A DNA stretch of 64,000 nucleotides from Promethearchaeota archaeon (lineage in GTDB: Archaea; Asgardarchaeota; Lokiarchaeia; Sigyniarchaeales; SOKP01): positions 1 to 64,000 of the forward strand of contig RDOE01000003.1 of assembly GCA_011364975.1 (NCBI GenBank). The letters are read 5' to 3'. Shown here piece by piece: positions 30,592 through 41,122 of the stretch (its first letter is position 1; the number at the start of each line of letters is the position of its first letter). Position numbers and translations under genes: made by a program. A model generated the notes under the pieces. It did not search any database, was not told the DNA's origin, and saw nothing but the letters and a program-made list of their open reading frames with translations.

Positions 30592-31478
30592 TGAAAAAAG
30601 AATTGGGATTTTTTATTGGATGCACAATACCGCTTAAATTACCTCATTTAGAAAAGGCTTTTAGGGATGTAGCAAATATATTAGGCTTGAAACTTAGGGA
30701 AATGGAAGGTGTTAGCTGCTGCCCAGAACCAGTTTCTCTTCAATCATTAAATATGGATACTTGGGTAACCTTAGGGGCTAGAAATTTAGCTATCGCTGAA
30801 AAGATGGGTGTAGACATTTTAACCATATGTTCTGGGTGTTATGAAACGTTAAAGACAGTAAGTGTATTACTAAAGGAGGATAAAGAATATCTGAAGAAGA
30901 TAAATACAATTTTGAATAAAATCAATTACAAATATACTGGTAAAACTAAAGTATATCACTTTGTAGAATTATTTAGTGAACCTGAATGGTTAGAAAAGAT
31001 AAAAAGTTTAGTAGTAAAGCCACTAGATGATTTGAATTTAGCAGTTCATTACGGTTGCCATTTGGTTAGACCAAGTAAAATCATGCAATTCGATCACCCT
31101 GAAAAACCAGAGAAAATTGATGTCATTCTTCAAGCGCTTGGTGCTAAAACGCTAGATTTTGCCAATAAACTTGAATGTTGTGGATACTGTGCTAGATTAC
31201 AAGAGGAGATTGGTGAAAAATTGGTTGAAGATAAAATGACGGAATTATGTGAGCTTGAGGAAGGAGTAGATGGGTTGATTGCAGTCTGTCCTGCTTGTGT
31301 TACACAATATGATAGAAAAGAGAAAATTATAGCAAGAAAATCCGGTAAAGAGTTAGATATCCCTGTACTCTATTTAGCAGAAATGATGGCAGTAGCACTA
31401 GGTGTAGAATTAGAAGATCTAAGTTTAAAAAATAGAAGTGTAAAACCCGATAAGTTAATTGAGAAATTAACATCCTAA
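30591..31478 (+). CDS. hdrB: heterodisulfide reductase subunit B
   Basis: FIGC, SCCP, CSGC, HYGCH, CCG, CPAC CCG-domain motifs. Confidence 0.93.
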   Translation: MKKELGFFIGCTIPLKLPHLEKAFRDVANILGLKLREMEGVSCCPEPVSLQSLNMDTWVTLGARNLAIAEKMGVDILTICSGCYETLKTVSVLLKEDKEYLKKINTILNKINYKYTGKTKVYHFVELFSEPEWLEKIKSLVVKPLDDLNLAVHYGCHLVRPSKIMQFDHPEKPEKIDVILQALGAKTLDFANKLECCGYCARLQEEIGEKLVEDKMTELCELEEGVDGLIAVCPACVTQYDRKEKIIARKSGKELDIPVLYLAEMMAVALGVELEDLSLKNRSVKPDKLIEKLTS

Positions 31479-31570
31479 GAAGTGTATTTTTTTTCAAAAC
31501 ACAAATTAAGATTAAATTAATGAATCAAAACAAAAAAATGAAAGAAATTTGAAAAAAGGAGTTATGTAAT

Positions 31571-32269
31571 ATGATTATTACTCAACAAAAAGATATAAAC
31601 GAAATTTACGAGATGGTAAAAAACTACAAAAAAATTTTAATTGCTGGCTGTGATGGATGTTGTCAACCACCTCGCTCTTTAAATGAAGCTAAAGTACTTG
31701 GGCAGCTTTTGGAATTAAAGGCGAGAACTGAAGGGAAGGAGTTAAAATGGAAAGCTATAACAGTTCTAAGGCAATGTGATGATAGAATAGCGGCTACTAC
31801 TGTAAGTCCCCATATTGAGAATTACGATGCTATTGTATCATTAGCTTGTGGTCTTGGAGTAGTGATGTTAAATAAGGTATTGCCAAAAATTTTGACTTTT
31901 CCTGCTCAAAATAGCATGTTTGGAGGAGCCCAAAATAGTGGTGAAAATAGCTTTATTGAATACTGCGAGGAATGTGGTGATTGTATAATTGGAGAAACCG
32001 GTGGAGTTTGTCCGAGAGCAGGGTGTGCTAAACATCTTAGCAACGGACCCTGTGGAGGGATGGTAGATGGAAAGTGTGAAGTTGGTGGATATACTATTCC
32101 TTGTGCCTGGGTACAAATGTGGACTAGATTAAAAGAATTTAATAGGCTAGACTTATTTAAGAAATATCGAGGCCCTAGAGATTATCGTACTTCAACCAGC
32201 CCAAGTTACTTAACAATCTATAAAGAATATACTAATGAAAAAGAAGAGAAGGTGGAGGCGAAAGAATAA
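31571..32269 (+). CDS. metV: methylenetetrahydrofolate reductase Fe-S/Zn subunit MetV, copy 1
   Basis: GCDGC, RQCD, LACGLG, CEECGDC...TGGVCP...CAK.LSNGPCGG...KCEV...CAW. Confidence 0.88.
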   Translation: MIITQQKDINEIYEMVKNYKKILIAGCDGCCQPPRSLNEAKVLGQLLELKARTEGKELKWKAITVLRQCDDRIAATTVSPHIENYDAIVSLACGLGVVMLNKVLPKILTFPAQNSMFGGAQNSGENSFIEYCEECGDCIIGETGGVCPRAGCAKHLSNGPCGGMVDGKCEVGGYTIPCAWVQMWTRLKEFNRLDLFKKYRGPRDYRTSTSPSYLTIYKEYTNEKEEKVEAKE

Positions 32270-32270
32270 A

Positions 32271-33224
32271 ATGACTAAAAGACCGGCATATAGTAAATTA
32301 TGCAAAGCTATCGAAGATGGTCATTTCGTATTCACTGGAGAACTTGAGCCTAAAAAAATCTTGGATCTTAGTGAGATTTTTCATTCTGCTGAAGAAATGA
32401 AGAAAACAGGCAAAATTGTCGCAGCTAACGTGACCGACGGACCACAAGGAGATGCATATATGTCATCATTAGTCCCGAGTTATCTTATTCAAGATAAGGT
32501 AGGTATTGAAGCGGTTTGGCAAGTTACCGTTCGAGATCGTAATCGTGTAGCCTTATTTGGAGATGTAGTCGCAGGTTCGGTTTTAGGTTTAAAGAACATC
32601 TTAACGCTTACCGGAGATCATACAGCTTTGGGTGATCATAAAAAAGGACGTCCAGTTTACGATATTGATAGCACTCAATTCTGTGAAATGCTTTCCAAGA
32701 TGATTGATGAAGGAACTGATTATGAAGGTAATCCTCTTGAAGGGGGAAAAATTGAAATGAACTTTGGATGCGTAGCCAACCCAAATAGCAACCCAAGGGA
32801 ACCAGAAATTTTTAAAGTAGGCCGTAAAGTCGAACAAGGAGTAGATTTCATTCAAACCCAAACTGCTTTTGACATAGATCAAGCAAAAGAATTTCTTAAG
32901 GAATTAGAGCAATTCAATGTTCCCGTATTACTAGGAGTGTTTCCTCTCAAATCTTATGGTATAGCCTGGTATTTTGATGCTTACATACCTGGAGTTTCAG
33001 TTCCTAAGGATTTATTAGGGGCCTTAAAGAAAGCTGAAAAAGATAACAAGGGAGATAAACAGGCAAAATATGATGCCCTCGATAAGATCAATATTGAATT
33101 TTTCGAACCATTTATCAAAGAAATCAAGAAAAGTACGAAAGCAGCGGGGATTCATTGCATGGCAGTTGAATACGAAAGACTTTTTGATCCTTTACTTAGA
33201 GAATATCCGAAATACGTCAAGTAA
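32271..33224 (+). CDS. metF: methylenetetrahydrofolate reductase flavoprotein MetF, copy 1
   Basis: TGELEP, ANVTD, QVTVRDRNR, LTGDH, FIQTQ, GIHCM; start placed at MTKRP after GGAGG. Confidence 0.92.
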   Translation: MTKRPAYSKLCKAIEDGHFVFTGELEPKKILDLSEIFHSAEEMKKTGKIVAANVTDGPQGDAYMSSLVPSYLIQDKVGIEAVWQVTVRDRNRVALFGDVVAGSVLGLKNILTLTGDHTALGDHKKGRPVYDIDSTQFCEMLSKMIDEGTDYEGNPLEGGKIEMNFGCVANPNSNPREPEIFKVGRKVEQGVDFIQTQTAFDIDQAKEFLKELEQFNVPVLLGVFPLKSYGIAWYFDAYIPGVSVPKDLLGALKKAEKDNKGDKQAKYDALDKINIEFFEPFIKEIKKSTKAAGIHCMAVEYERLFDPLLREYPKYVK

Positions 33225-33322
33225 ATTTCTTTAAAACAAAAAAATCTGAGAAAAAATATATTTTTAATTTTTATTTAACATTTTTTTAAAAAAAAAGAAT
33301 AAAAGAAGGAGTATGTAAAAAT

Positions 33323-33796
33323 ATGAAAAATTTAGATGATAAAGATAAACGAATTTTAGAAATGCTTATAGAAGATTCAAGAAGAGCCTACAAAGAAATA
33401 GCTGATCAATTATCTAATGAAGGTATGGCATTATCAGAGTCAACCGTTAGAAAGCGTGTAATCAAATTACAAGAGGATGGTGTAATCGAAAAGTTTACGA
33501 TTAAAGTTTGTAGGGAGGATGAAAGATGTATTATAGCATTTCTTACTTTAATCCCAAAGTCCGAATCGGAGATTAAAGAATTATTACGAGAAACCCAGAT
33601 TCTTCCACAATGTGATGAAGTTTATTTTCTTGCTGGACAATGTGGGATATTATTAAAAGTTCAAGTCCCAGAAATTACAGAATTAGATGCAGTTATTGAG
33701 AATTTCCGTGGACGAAGTGACGTAAAAAGCGTTGAAAGAGTATGTGTAGTTCTTAAATCATTAAAAGAATCTAAAGATAGTCGTGTACCTCTATAA
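33323..33796 (+). CDS. Lrp/AsnC family transcriptional regulator
   Basis: LDDKDKRIL, SESTVRKRV..L...GVIEKFT. Confidence 0.92.
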   Translation: MKNLDDKDKRILEMLIEDSRRAYKEIADQLSNEGMALSESTVRKRVIKLQEDGVIEKFTIKVCREDERCIIAFLTLIPKSESEIKELLRETQILPQCDEVYFLAGQCGILLKVQVPEITELDAVIENFRGRSDVKSVERVCVVLKSLKESKDSRVPL

Positions 33797-33818
33797 CGTA
33801 ATCTCTATTTAAGAGATA

Positions 33819-34841
33819 TTAGCTCTGATAATACAATTTTCCATCTTTTAAATGTTTCTGAACAATGCCTTTATCCTCAAGATATAATAAATGGCCTACT
33901 ACCTCACTAAGAGCCATATAAGAATTAATATCATCCATATCATTTCCAAAATGAATTCTAGCTATTTCAAAAGGTGTTTTCGGTGCGTTTTTTATTACTT
34001 CTGATATTTCTTTTAATCTTATTCTATGATGCTCCTTGATTTCTTGTATTCTTTCATGGGGATTATAAATTATTTCTTGGTGCGCGGGAAATATAATTTT
34101 TGGATTTAATCTATCTATTATATCCAAGGAATTAAGATATTGATCTAATACATTATTGAAGTTATACTCTTTATATTGTTCATATAAGAATTTCGGCACG
34201 ATAAAATTACCTATGTGAGGAGTAATTCGACTCAGAATATGATCTCCGGAAAATAAATACTTTCTACTGGTATCGAATATACAAATATGGCCAAAACTAT
34301 GTCCTGGAGTCCAAATTACTTCTAAGTTGTTTAATATCTTATCACCATTATGCACAATAATATCTGGCTTTTCAAATATTCTTAATTTTGGCCAGTAAGT
34401 AAAGTATTGTATGATTCTTTGTCGATCCTCTTCAGTAAGTCCATATCTTTTCATCTGATAAGACATCTCAATAGCTTGTTTTTCAATTTCCGGAAGTTTT
34501 GCTTTATCTGTTTCCCAACTTAAGACTTGCTGGGTAATATCGTGCATTATTATTTTAGTGTTTGGGCTTTTGCGCCTTAAAGTTTTAATCAATCCAATAT
34601 GATCTAAATGATGATGTGTAATAATACAGTAATCAATATCTTCCGCCTTAAATCCAAGGCTATGAAGTTCAGAAAAAAATAAATTAATCCAATTTGCATT
34701 ATTCAATCCGGCATCAATCAAAACATTCTTCCCTTCTACTTCAACTATATATAGTCTTGTGAATTTTACAGGAAAAGGGACATCGATTTTAATTTGGAAG
34801 ATATCCTCAATCTGCGCTGATTCAGAGGTAATTTTTACCAT
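33819..34841 (-). CDS. metallo-beta-lactamase-fold hydrolase with C-terminal wHTH
   Basis: THHHLDHIG, TPGHS, SGDH, PAH. Confidence 0.92.
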   Translation of the reverse strand: MVKITSESAQIEDIFQIKIDVPFPVKFTRLYIVEVEGKNVLIDAGLNNANWINLFFSELHSLGFKAEDIDYCIITHHHLDHIGLIKTLRRKSPNTKIIMHDITQQVLSWETDKAKLPEIEKQAIEMSYQMKRYGLTEEDRQRIIQYFTYWPKLRIFEKPDIIVHNGDKILNNLEVIWTPGHSFGHICIFDTSRKYLFSGDHILSRITPHIGNFIVPKFLYEQYKEYNFNNVLDQYLNSLDIIDRLNPKIIFPAHQEIIYNPHERIQEIKEHHRIRLKEISEVIKNAPKTPFEIARIHFGNDMDDINSYMALSEVVGHLLYLEDKGIVQKHLKDGKLYYQS

Positions 34842-34958
34842 AGTAATTTCCTTACTTAATCAAATATCCTTTATTAAGAAAAATGAGCTCTGTATATTTA
34901 TTTTATGGTTATTAACCAATATTCTAATTGATATTATCAATACAACCAAAATAGTCTC

Positions 34959-36146
34959 TTATTGGGGATAAATACCTTCTTCTTCACGGGTTGAAACCAT
35001 TGCTAGGAAATTCTCCAATTTAACTGATGGATTGATGCTATGCCCAGAACTAAATATATATCCACCCCCAGGTCCTAAAGCTCTTATTAGCTTCTTAGAA
35101 TATTCTTTGATAAAAATGGGTTCTTTATCTGCTAAATCTTGAGGAGAAACGTTTCCGATAAAAGTTACATCATTTCCATATCGTTCATGCAATTTAAAAA
35201 TATCATATTTTGGGTTAGCTGTTGTGGGTTCAATAGGATGAATTGCATCAAACCCTACTTTTACTAAATCACCAAAAATAGGTTCTAAATCTCCGCAGCT
35301 GTGAAATAGGACATTAATACCTTTAGAATGACAATAATTGCAAAGTTTTTCGTACCAAGGAAACAAGATCTCCTTATAGTTATTAGGATTTGTTAGTAAT
35401 CCTGATTTAAAGCCAAGGTCATCAAATAACATAATTGCTGTTGATTCGCCCCATTCAATCAATCTTTTAGCTAATTCTAGTGCGAAATTTCCATATTTAT
35501 CGATGACCTTTTTTGCGAATTTTTTTCCAATTAATAATTTGCTAAACTGAGTAAACCCAAATGCTTGCCATGATGATTCAAAAATGCCCCATATAGTTGG
35601 TATAACCGCGATATTTCCTTCAAATTCCTTTTCTACCTTTTTCATCATGTCATAAATACGTTTTCTTCTTGGGTTGTCGGGATCGAGCAAAGAAAATTTC
35701 TCAAAATCTTCGAAACTTTTAAAATAACCATCTTTGTAATATGCTATGTCCATATTATCTGATGGATTTTTTTTCAAATCGAAAATCCTACCATATTCAT
35801 CAATAAATCCCTCCTTCATACAGAAAGTTGGAAAGAAGATATAGCCAGATAAAGGAATTTGAGCCAAATCAATTCCTATCTTAGAAAAAAGACCAAGATA
35901 TTGTTTTATGGTGTTTTTTAGATATGATCGGGATTCAGTAGCAGCTAATATGGTGTTAGTGAACTCATCAATTATTCCCCTACAAAGGTTATACGTATCT
36001 GCAAAACTCTTTGCCATACCTTGTAAATAGTAACCTTCAGAATAATGATCACAGATTTTTAAATTATCTATGGATAATTCGAACCAGGGAATCTTATCCG
36101 GTTCTTCATGATCTAGTTCTCTTAAAACTCTATCCCTAGCTTTCAT
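34959..36146 (-). CDS. uroporphyrinogen decarboxylase / MtaA-CmuA methyltransferase family protein
   Basis: RDRV...L.HEEPD.IP, DDLG, FHSCG, GNV, GGGYIFSSGHSI. Confidence 0.85.
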   Translation of the reverse strand: MKARDRVLRELDHEEPDKIPWFELSIDNLKICDHYSEGYYLQGMAKSFADTYNLCRGIIDEFTNTILAATESRSYLKNTIKQYLGLFSKIGIDLAQIPLSGYIFFPTFCMKEGFIDEYGRIFDLKKNPSDNMDIAYYKDGYFKSFEDFEKFSLLDPDNPRRKRIYDMMKKVEKEFEGNIAVIPTIWGIFESSWQAFGFTQFSKLLIGKKFAKKVIDKYGNFALELAKRLIEWGESTAIMLFDDLGFKSGLLTNPNNYKEILFPWYEKLCNYCHSKGINVLFHSCGDLEPIFGDLVKVGFDAIHPIEPTTANPKYDIFKLHERYGNDVTFIGNVSPQDLADKEPIFIKEYSKKLIRALGPGGGYIFSSGHSINPSVKLENFLAMVSTREEEGIYPQ

Positions 36147-36240
36147 ACTTTTATTTATTATATATCGTTATTAAACTTAATTTTGCCTAAAAATCGCTCT
36201 AAAAAGAATCAATATCTTAAAAATAAAAAAAAAGATTTTT

Positions 36241-36951
36241 TTAATCTTTTAATCCATAATACATAAGCCAAAAACTGCTTAAATACCCGATCCTTACAAA
36301 AATTATTGTAAATCCTGGTATTGTTAATCCTTCTAATAGTCCAAAAACGCAAAAGCATAGAGATCCCATAGAAATGAGGAAAAACTTTTTTTTTAGGATA
36401 CCAGTTGATTGAAAAGCCTTTATTAAAAATCCAGTACTAAGGAGAACGATAACAGTTAATAAAAAGAATGCCATCAACATACCTGCTAAAGAAAATATAT
36501 TAAGATTGTAATCAATTAATCCCTCTCCCAACACTGCTGGGTAAGCAAAATTAAAAGAATCAAAAGGAGTTGTAATTACTATAATTTCGAAAACAATGCC
36601 AAGTATAATAAATAGAGAGACAACATACCATTTTGCTTTAGGAATTAATAATTTTTCTCCTATAAAAATTGCTGTTATAACCGCTAGAGGAAGCCAGATA
36701 TAACTTAAAATACCCACCAATCCAAATGTATTATCTAAATTAGTGTGTATAAAAATTACAAGAAGGAAATCTAAAAATACTCCTAGAAAAGCTAATCCCG
36801 CAAATAAATTGGCTAAACCCAAGTAAAATAAGATATTGGCTTTTGTTTTTCTTGATTTATAAATAAAGAACAATCCAAAAATTATTCCAAAAATAACTAC
36901 TCCCGATGCTGTTATTCCATCAATCCAAAAGAAAATGTCAACCATATTCAC
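36241..36951 (-). CDS. seven-TM membrane protein of unknown function
   Basis: seven hydrophobic segments, no soluble output domain. Confidence 0.7.
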   Translation of the reverse strand: MNMVDIFFWIDGITASGVVIFGIIFGLFFIYKSRKTKANILFYLGLANLFAGLAFLGVFLDFLLVIFIHTNLDNTFGLVGILSYIWLPLAVITAIFIGEKLLIPKAKWYVVSLFIILGIVFEIIVITTPFDSFNFAYPAVLGEGLIDYNLNIFSLAGMLMAFFLLTVIVLLSTGFLIKAFQSTGILKKKFFLISMGSLCFCVFGLLEGLTIPGFTIIFVRIGYLSSFWLMYYGLKD

Positions 36952-37075
36952 TCACAATAATTTTTCAATTTTTAAATTATTATAAAAAGCTAAATTTCAT
37001 TCTTAGAATAATTATGCAAGAACTTTTTTATAAATTCTATTGAAAAAAATTGTTAATCGAAAAGATTTTGAAATC

Positions 37076-37387
37076 TCAAAAGGCAGATTTGGGTTTATCT
37101 TTCTTCTTTTCCTGGTTTTTATCTTTTTCAAAAAATAAAGACTTTTTCATGTCAAATTCCAAATCTCTTAATTTTTTTTTTATTTCAATAGGATTATAAT
37201 CATGTTTTAAAAGATCGATAATTGTTTCTCGCAAATTCTCTAAATTATCTACTGCACATTGATAAAAAATGTTACTCTCATCCATGCTCATGTTTAATAT
37301 TTCATATATTCCTGTTAGAGCGTCTCGAATTTTTTCATAATATTCCCAAGCTTTTTCTACATCTGATGGATGATCTTCATCTGACAT
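37076..37387 (-). CDS. hypothetical helical protein
   Basis: 103-aa ORF with protein-like composition, tandem with 37427..37765. Confidence 0.65.
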   Translation of the reverse strand: MSDEDHPSDVEKAWEYYEKIRDALTGIYEILNMSMDESNIFYQCAVDNLENLRETIIDLLKHDYNPIEIKKKLRDLEFDMKKSLFFEKDKNQEKKKDKPKSAF

Positions 37388-37426
37388 AATAAATAAAATA
37401 AGGTAAATAAAAAAAAGAAGTTTACT

Positions 37427-37765
37427 TTATAACACAGCTTTTATTTTCTTGGAAAGCTCTTTTGCTTCTGAATCAGAAGATTCAAGAAGTTTGAATGTTG
37501 CTTCTGCATTTACTTTAAGTGCACCATGTAATAACTTTTGAAGTCCAATTCTGGTAGATATTCTTTCATTTTTTTGTAAGTGAAAAATAACCATTCCTAA
37601 TTCGTTTTTCAGAGCTCCTTCAGCGGAGTTTAAACAAATATTCAATAAGGCAGGACATACTTCCTCAATGGTATCCATACTTACATGATTTGCTAAAGTA
37701 TAAATATCTTTTAATTTCTCATCAGAGAGCTGAGCAACTTTTTCCTGAAGTTTTAACATCGACAT
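37427..37765 (-). CDS. hypothetical helical protein
   Basis: 112-aa ORF, GTGAT SD-like motif upstream. Confidence 0.65.
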   Translation of the reverse strand: MSMLKLQEKVAQLSDEKLKDIYTLANHVSMDTIEEVCPALLNICLNSAEGALKNELGMVIFHLQKNERISTRIGLQKLLHGALKVNAEATFKLLESSDSEAKELSKKIKAVL

Positions 37766-38418
37766 TTTTTTATCACATTTTTTAATTTTTATGACTAAAT
37801 AATGTAAGAATAATCTAATATTTAAATGTTTTCGGCTAAAATTCTTCGTACTTTTTACGAGATCGGGAAAAATTTATAAAAAATTACTTTTTTTGAATAC
37901 TGTTTGACAGAAATCGGAATTATTATTCTTTTTAGGAAAGCTTTCCCATTTTTACTATTTTACAAAATATTATTATTCTAAAGAAAGCCTTTTTCTGGCA
38001 TTAACCTAACCTATTTCGGAATACAATCCAGAATTCACGAACGAATCAGTCATATATATCACAAAAAAAGTTATGAAAAAATGATCACAACTGAATAATT
38101 TGGTGCTTAAAATTATATAAATAATGCAAACATTTTTTATAGGCAATTAAAATTGAACAAATTATGTACTAAAGTATAAACTAAATAAAAACGTGATTTA
38201 AAGGGATAATCATATAAGATAATAAAAAAGAAATCGATAATTTTTTTCATTTTTGATGATATAAAGTATATAAATTTAGGTTTTAAGAAAGAATTGAAAA
38301 ATATTTATTTATGAATACAAAAATTTACTAACTATTCACTGTAAATATCAATTTTTCTTTTTATATTATTAAAATTCTCTAATAAATCTATTTATAAAAT
38401 CTTAAATTCCAATGTATT

Positions 38419-39915
38419 ATGAAAGAATATAGTATCTCTCAAATACAAGAATTAATGCATAAACATAAAATTTCAGGTAAGCAATTAGTACAACAATTTC
38501 TGGACAGAATTAATACAATTGATAAAAGTGGACCTAATCTAAATTCAGTTATTGAACTTAATCCCGATGCTTTAATTATTGCTGAAAATCTTGATAAGGA
38601 GAGAGAAAAAAACCAAATACGTAGCCCATTACACGGTATTCCTATTTTAATAAAGGATAATATCAATACCGCCGATAAAATGATGACGACAGCTGGTTCA
38701 ATGGCTCTTCAAGGACATATTGCCACGGAAGATGCATTTATAGTTAAAAAGCTTCGAACTGCCGGTGCTGTTATTTTAGGTAAAACTAACTTAAGTGAAT
38801 GGGCAAATTTTCGTTCTATACGATCAACTTCAGGATGGTGTTCCCGAGGGGGTCAAACAAAGAATCCTTATTGCCTTAATCGTAGTCCTTGCGGTTCAAG
38901 TTCTGGCTCTGCTGTAGCAGTCGCTGCTAATCTCTGTACGGCCGCAATTGGTACTGAAACTGATGGATCTATTATATGTCCATCACAAGTAAATTCTATC
39001 GTAGGTATTAAACCTACAGTAGGCCTTATAAGTCGTACTGGGATAATTCCTATTTCCCATAATCAGGACACTGCGGGACCTATGGCGAGAACTGTTACTG
39101 ATGCCGCAATACTCCTAACAATCCTGATTGGGGAAGACCATCAAGATTCAAAAACAATTAAATTAACCAATAAATTGCCTAAAGATTATATGGAATTTTT
39201 AGATATAGATGGGTTAAAAGGGACAAGAATAGGCGTTGCAAGAAACTATTTTGGAAAAAATAATCTCGTAGATCAGATAATGGAAAAATCAATAGAAGTA
39301 ATGCAATCCCAAGGTGCTATTATAATTGATCCTACGGACATTACGACCTTGAATGGTATAGAAGAGCCAGAAATTCAAGTTCTTCATTTTGACTTTAAGC
39401 ATGATATTAATGAGTATCTGGGTAAAATAAAATCAAAAGGATATCCTAAAAATCTAAAAGAACTCATTCAATTTAATAATGAACATAAGAATGAAGTGAT
39501 GCCTTATTTTGGTCAAGAATTACTTTTAGAAGCTGAACAAAAAGGCTCATTAGATTGTGAGGAATATAAAACTGCCCTTGAATTATGTCATCGTTATTCA
39601 AGAAAAGAAGGCATTGATGCCGTACTAAACGAGTATCAACTCGATGCCATTATTGCACCAAGTGGTGGACCAAGTTGGTTAATTGATTATATTAACGGTG
39701 ATCATTTCACTGGAGGGAGTTCCTCAATAGCTGCAGTTGCTGGGTATCCAAATATAACCGTTCCTGCAGGATATGTTTTTGGACTTCCTATCGGAATCTC
39801 TTTTTTTGGAGGCCAGTTTCAAGAACCAAAGCTTTTGAAAATAGCTTATGCTTTTGAACAAGTTACAAATATCCGGAAACCCCCTAAATTCTTAAACGCG
39901 ATTGAATTTAATTAA
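38419..39915 (+). CDS. amidase signature family enzyme
   Basis: PLHGIPILIKDN, GSSSGS, GTETDGSI (Ser-cisSer-Lys triad). Confidence 0.95.
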   Translation: MKEYSISQIQELMHKHKISGKQLVQQFLDRINTIDKSGPNLNSVIELNPDALIIAENLDKEREKNQIRSPLHGIPILIKDNINTADKMMTTAGSMALQGHIATEDAFIVKKLRTAGAVILGKTNLSEWANFRSIRSTSGWCSRGGQTKNPYCLNRSPCGSSSGSAVAVAANLCTAAIGTETDGSIICPSQVNSIVGIKPTVGLISRTGIIPISHNQDTAGPMARTVTDAAILLTILIGEDHQDSKTIKLTNKLPKDYMEFLDIDGLKGTRIGVARNYFGKNNLVDQIMEKSIEVMQSQGAIIIDPTDITTLNGIEEPEIQVLHFDFKHDINEYLGKIKSKGYPKNLKELIQFNNEHKNEVMPYFGQELLLEAEQKGSLDCEEYKTALELCHRYSRKEGIDAVLNEYQLDAIIAPSGGPSWLIDYINGDHFTGGSSSIAAVAGYPNITVPAGYVFGLPIGISFFGGQFQEPKLLKIAYAFEQVTNIRKPPKFLNAIEFN

Positions 39916-40012
39916 ATGTTGATATTATTAAAATATCTAAGCTAATCGCATTTTTATTATAAACTTACTAGTTTTTCAAAAGTTTAATAGAGCTCATTAT
40001 ATTAATGTAAAT

Positions 40013-41122
40013 ATGAGTCATATGGAATATGATAATCTTGCAGAATTAGTCGTTAAATACTCTGTTAAAGTTGAAAAAGGAGATAGAGTTCTATTAGAGG
40101 GTCCAACATTAGCTAAAGAACTTATCCAAGCACTATATGTACAAATTCTCAAAGCTGGAGGGCATCCATTAGTAAACTTAGAATTTGAAGGACGTCAAGA
40201 GTTATTTTTTAAATTTGCCTCTATTGAACAATTGGAATATATTGATGAAGTTCGTCAAAAAATGATAGAAGAATTTAATTGTTTTATAAGAATTAATGCT
40301 GATTATAATCCTAAAAAGCTATCTCTTGTAGATACAAAATTATTAACACTTTTTGGTACTGCTCCAGCCCGTAGAAAACTAAACGAAACATATATTAATC
40401 GTATAGCAAATGGTGATTTAAGATGGGTTTATGTTCCATATCCTTGCCAATCCTATGCCCAAGAAGCTTCTATGGATTTATTCTCCTATACTGAATTTGT
40501 AAAAGAGACTTTATTTCTTGATCGAGAAAATCCTATAGAAGAATGGCAAACCCTAGAAAAGAATCAAGAAAAAATTGTAAATTATCTTCAAAATTGTGAA
40601 TCTTTTCATATTATCGGAGAGGATACCAGTTTAGAACTAAAAATAAAAGGTAGAATTTGGAAGAATTCTTGTGGCCATGAAAATTTACCAGATGGTGAGA
40701 TTTTTACTTCTCCATTAGATAATTCTGTCAATGGACAAATAAGATTTTCATATCCTGGAATTTATTCTGGGAAAGAAATTGAAAATATTTTTCTGAAATT
40801 TAACGATGGAAAAGTAATTCAAGCCACTGCAGACAAAGGAAATGATTTTCTCCATGAAATTTTAGAAATTGAAAATGCCAATGTTCTAGGGGAGTTTGCA
40901 TTTGGTACAAATTATGGAATAACTAGGTTTACAAAAAATATGGCCTTTGATGAGAAAATGGGGGGTACAATCCATTGTGCTTTAGGATTAGCTTTTCCAG
41001 AATGTGGGGGTACAAACAAAAGCGCTATTCATTGGGATCTCCTTAAAGATATGAAACCTTCAGGATCGAAAGTTATTGCTGACGGGAAAGTAATCTATGA
41101 GGAAGGGAAATTTCTAATTTAA
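40013..41122 (+). CDS. aminopeptidase, family M29
   Basis: NLPDGEIFTSP, LGEFAFG, FDEKMGGTIHCALG, SAIHWD. Confidence 0.95.
   Translation: MSHMEYDNLAELVVKYSVKVEKGDRVLLEGPTLAKELIQALYVQILKAGGHPLVNLEFEGRQELFFKFASIEQLEYIDEVRQKMIEEFNCFIRINADYNPKKLSLVDTKLLTLFGTAPARRKLNETYINRIANGDLRWVYVPYPCQSYAQEASMDLFSYTEFVKETLFLDRENPIEEWQTLEKNQEKIVNYLQNCESFHIIGEDTSLELKIKGRIWKNSCGHENLPDGEIFTSPLDNSVNGQIRFSYPGIYSGKEIENIFLKFNDGKVIQATADKGNDFLHEILEIENANVLGEFAFGTNYGITRFTKNMAFDEKMGGTIHCALGLAFPECGGTNKSAIHWDLLKDMKPSGSKVIADGKVIYEEGKFLI

Noticed and set aside
32235-32270. Extended N-termini in the ORF track for metF1 (32235), metF2 (42358), trpS (18369), msrB (19042), JAMM (25498), M28 peptidase (47886)
   Set aside because: Extensions overlap upstream genes or AT-rich promoters; downstream ATGs fit homolog starts better and some have SD motifs
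38006-38053. 15-codon minus-strand ORF MTDSFVNSGLYSEIG and nearby imperfect repeat TATTATTCT..GAAAGC (37921, 37971)
   Set aside because: Too short and degenerate to distinguish from chance in AT-rich DNA
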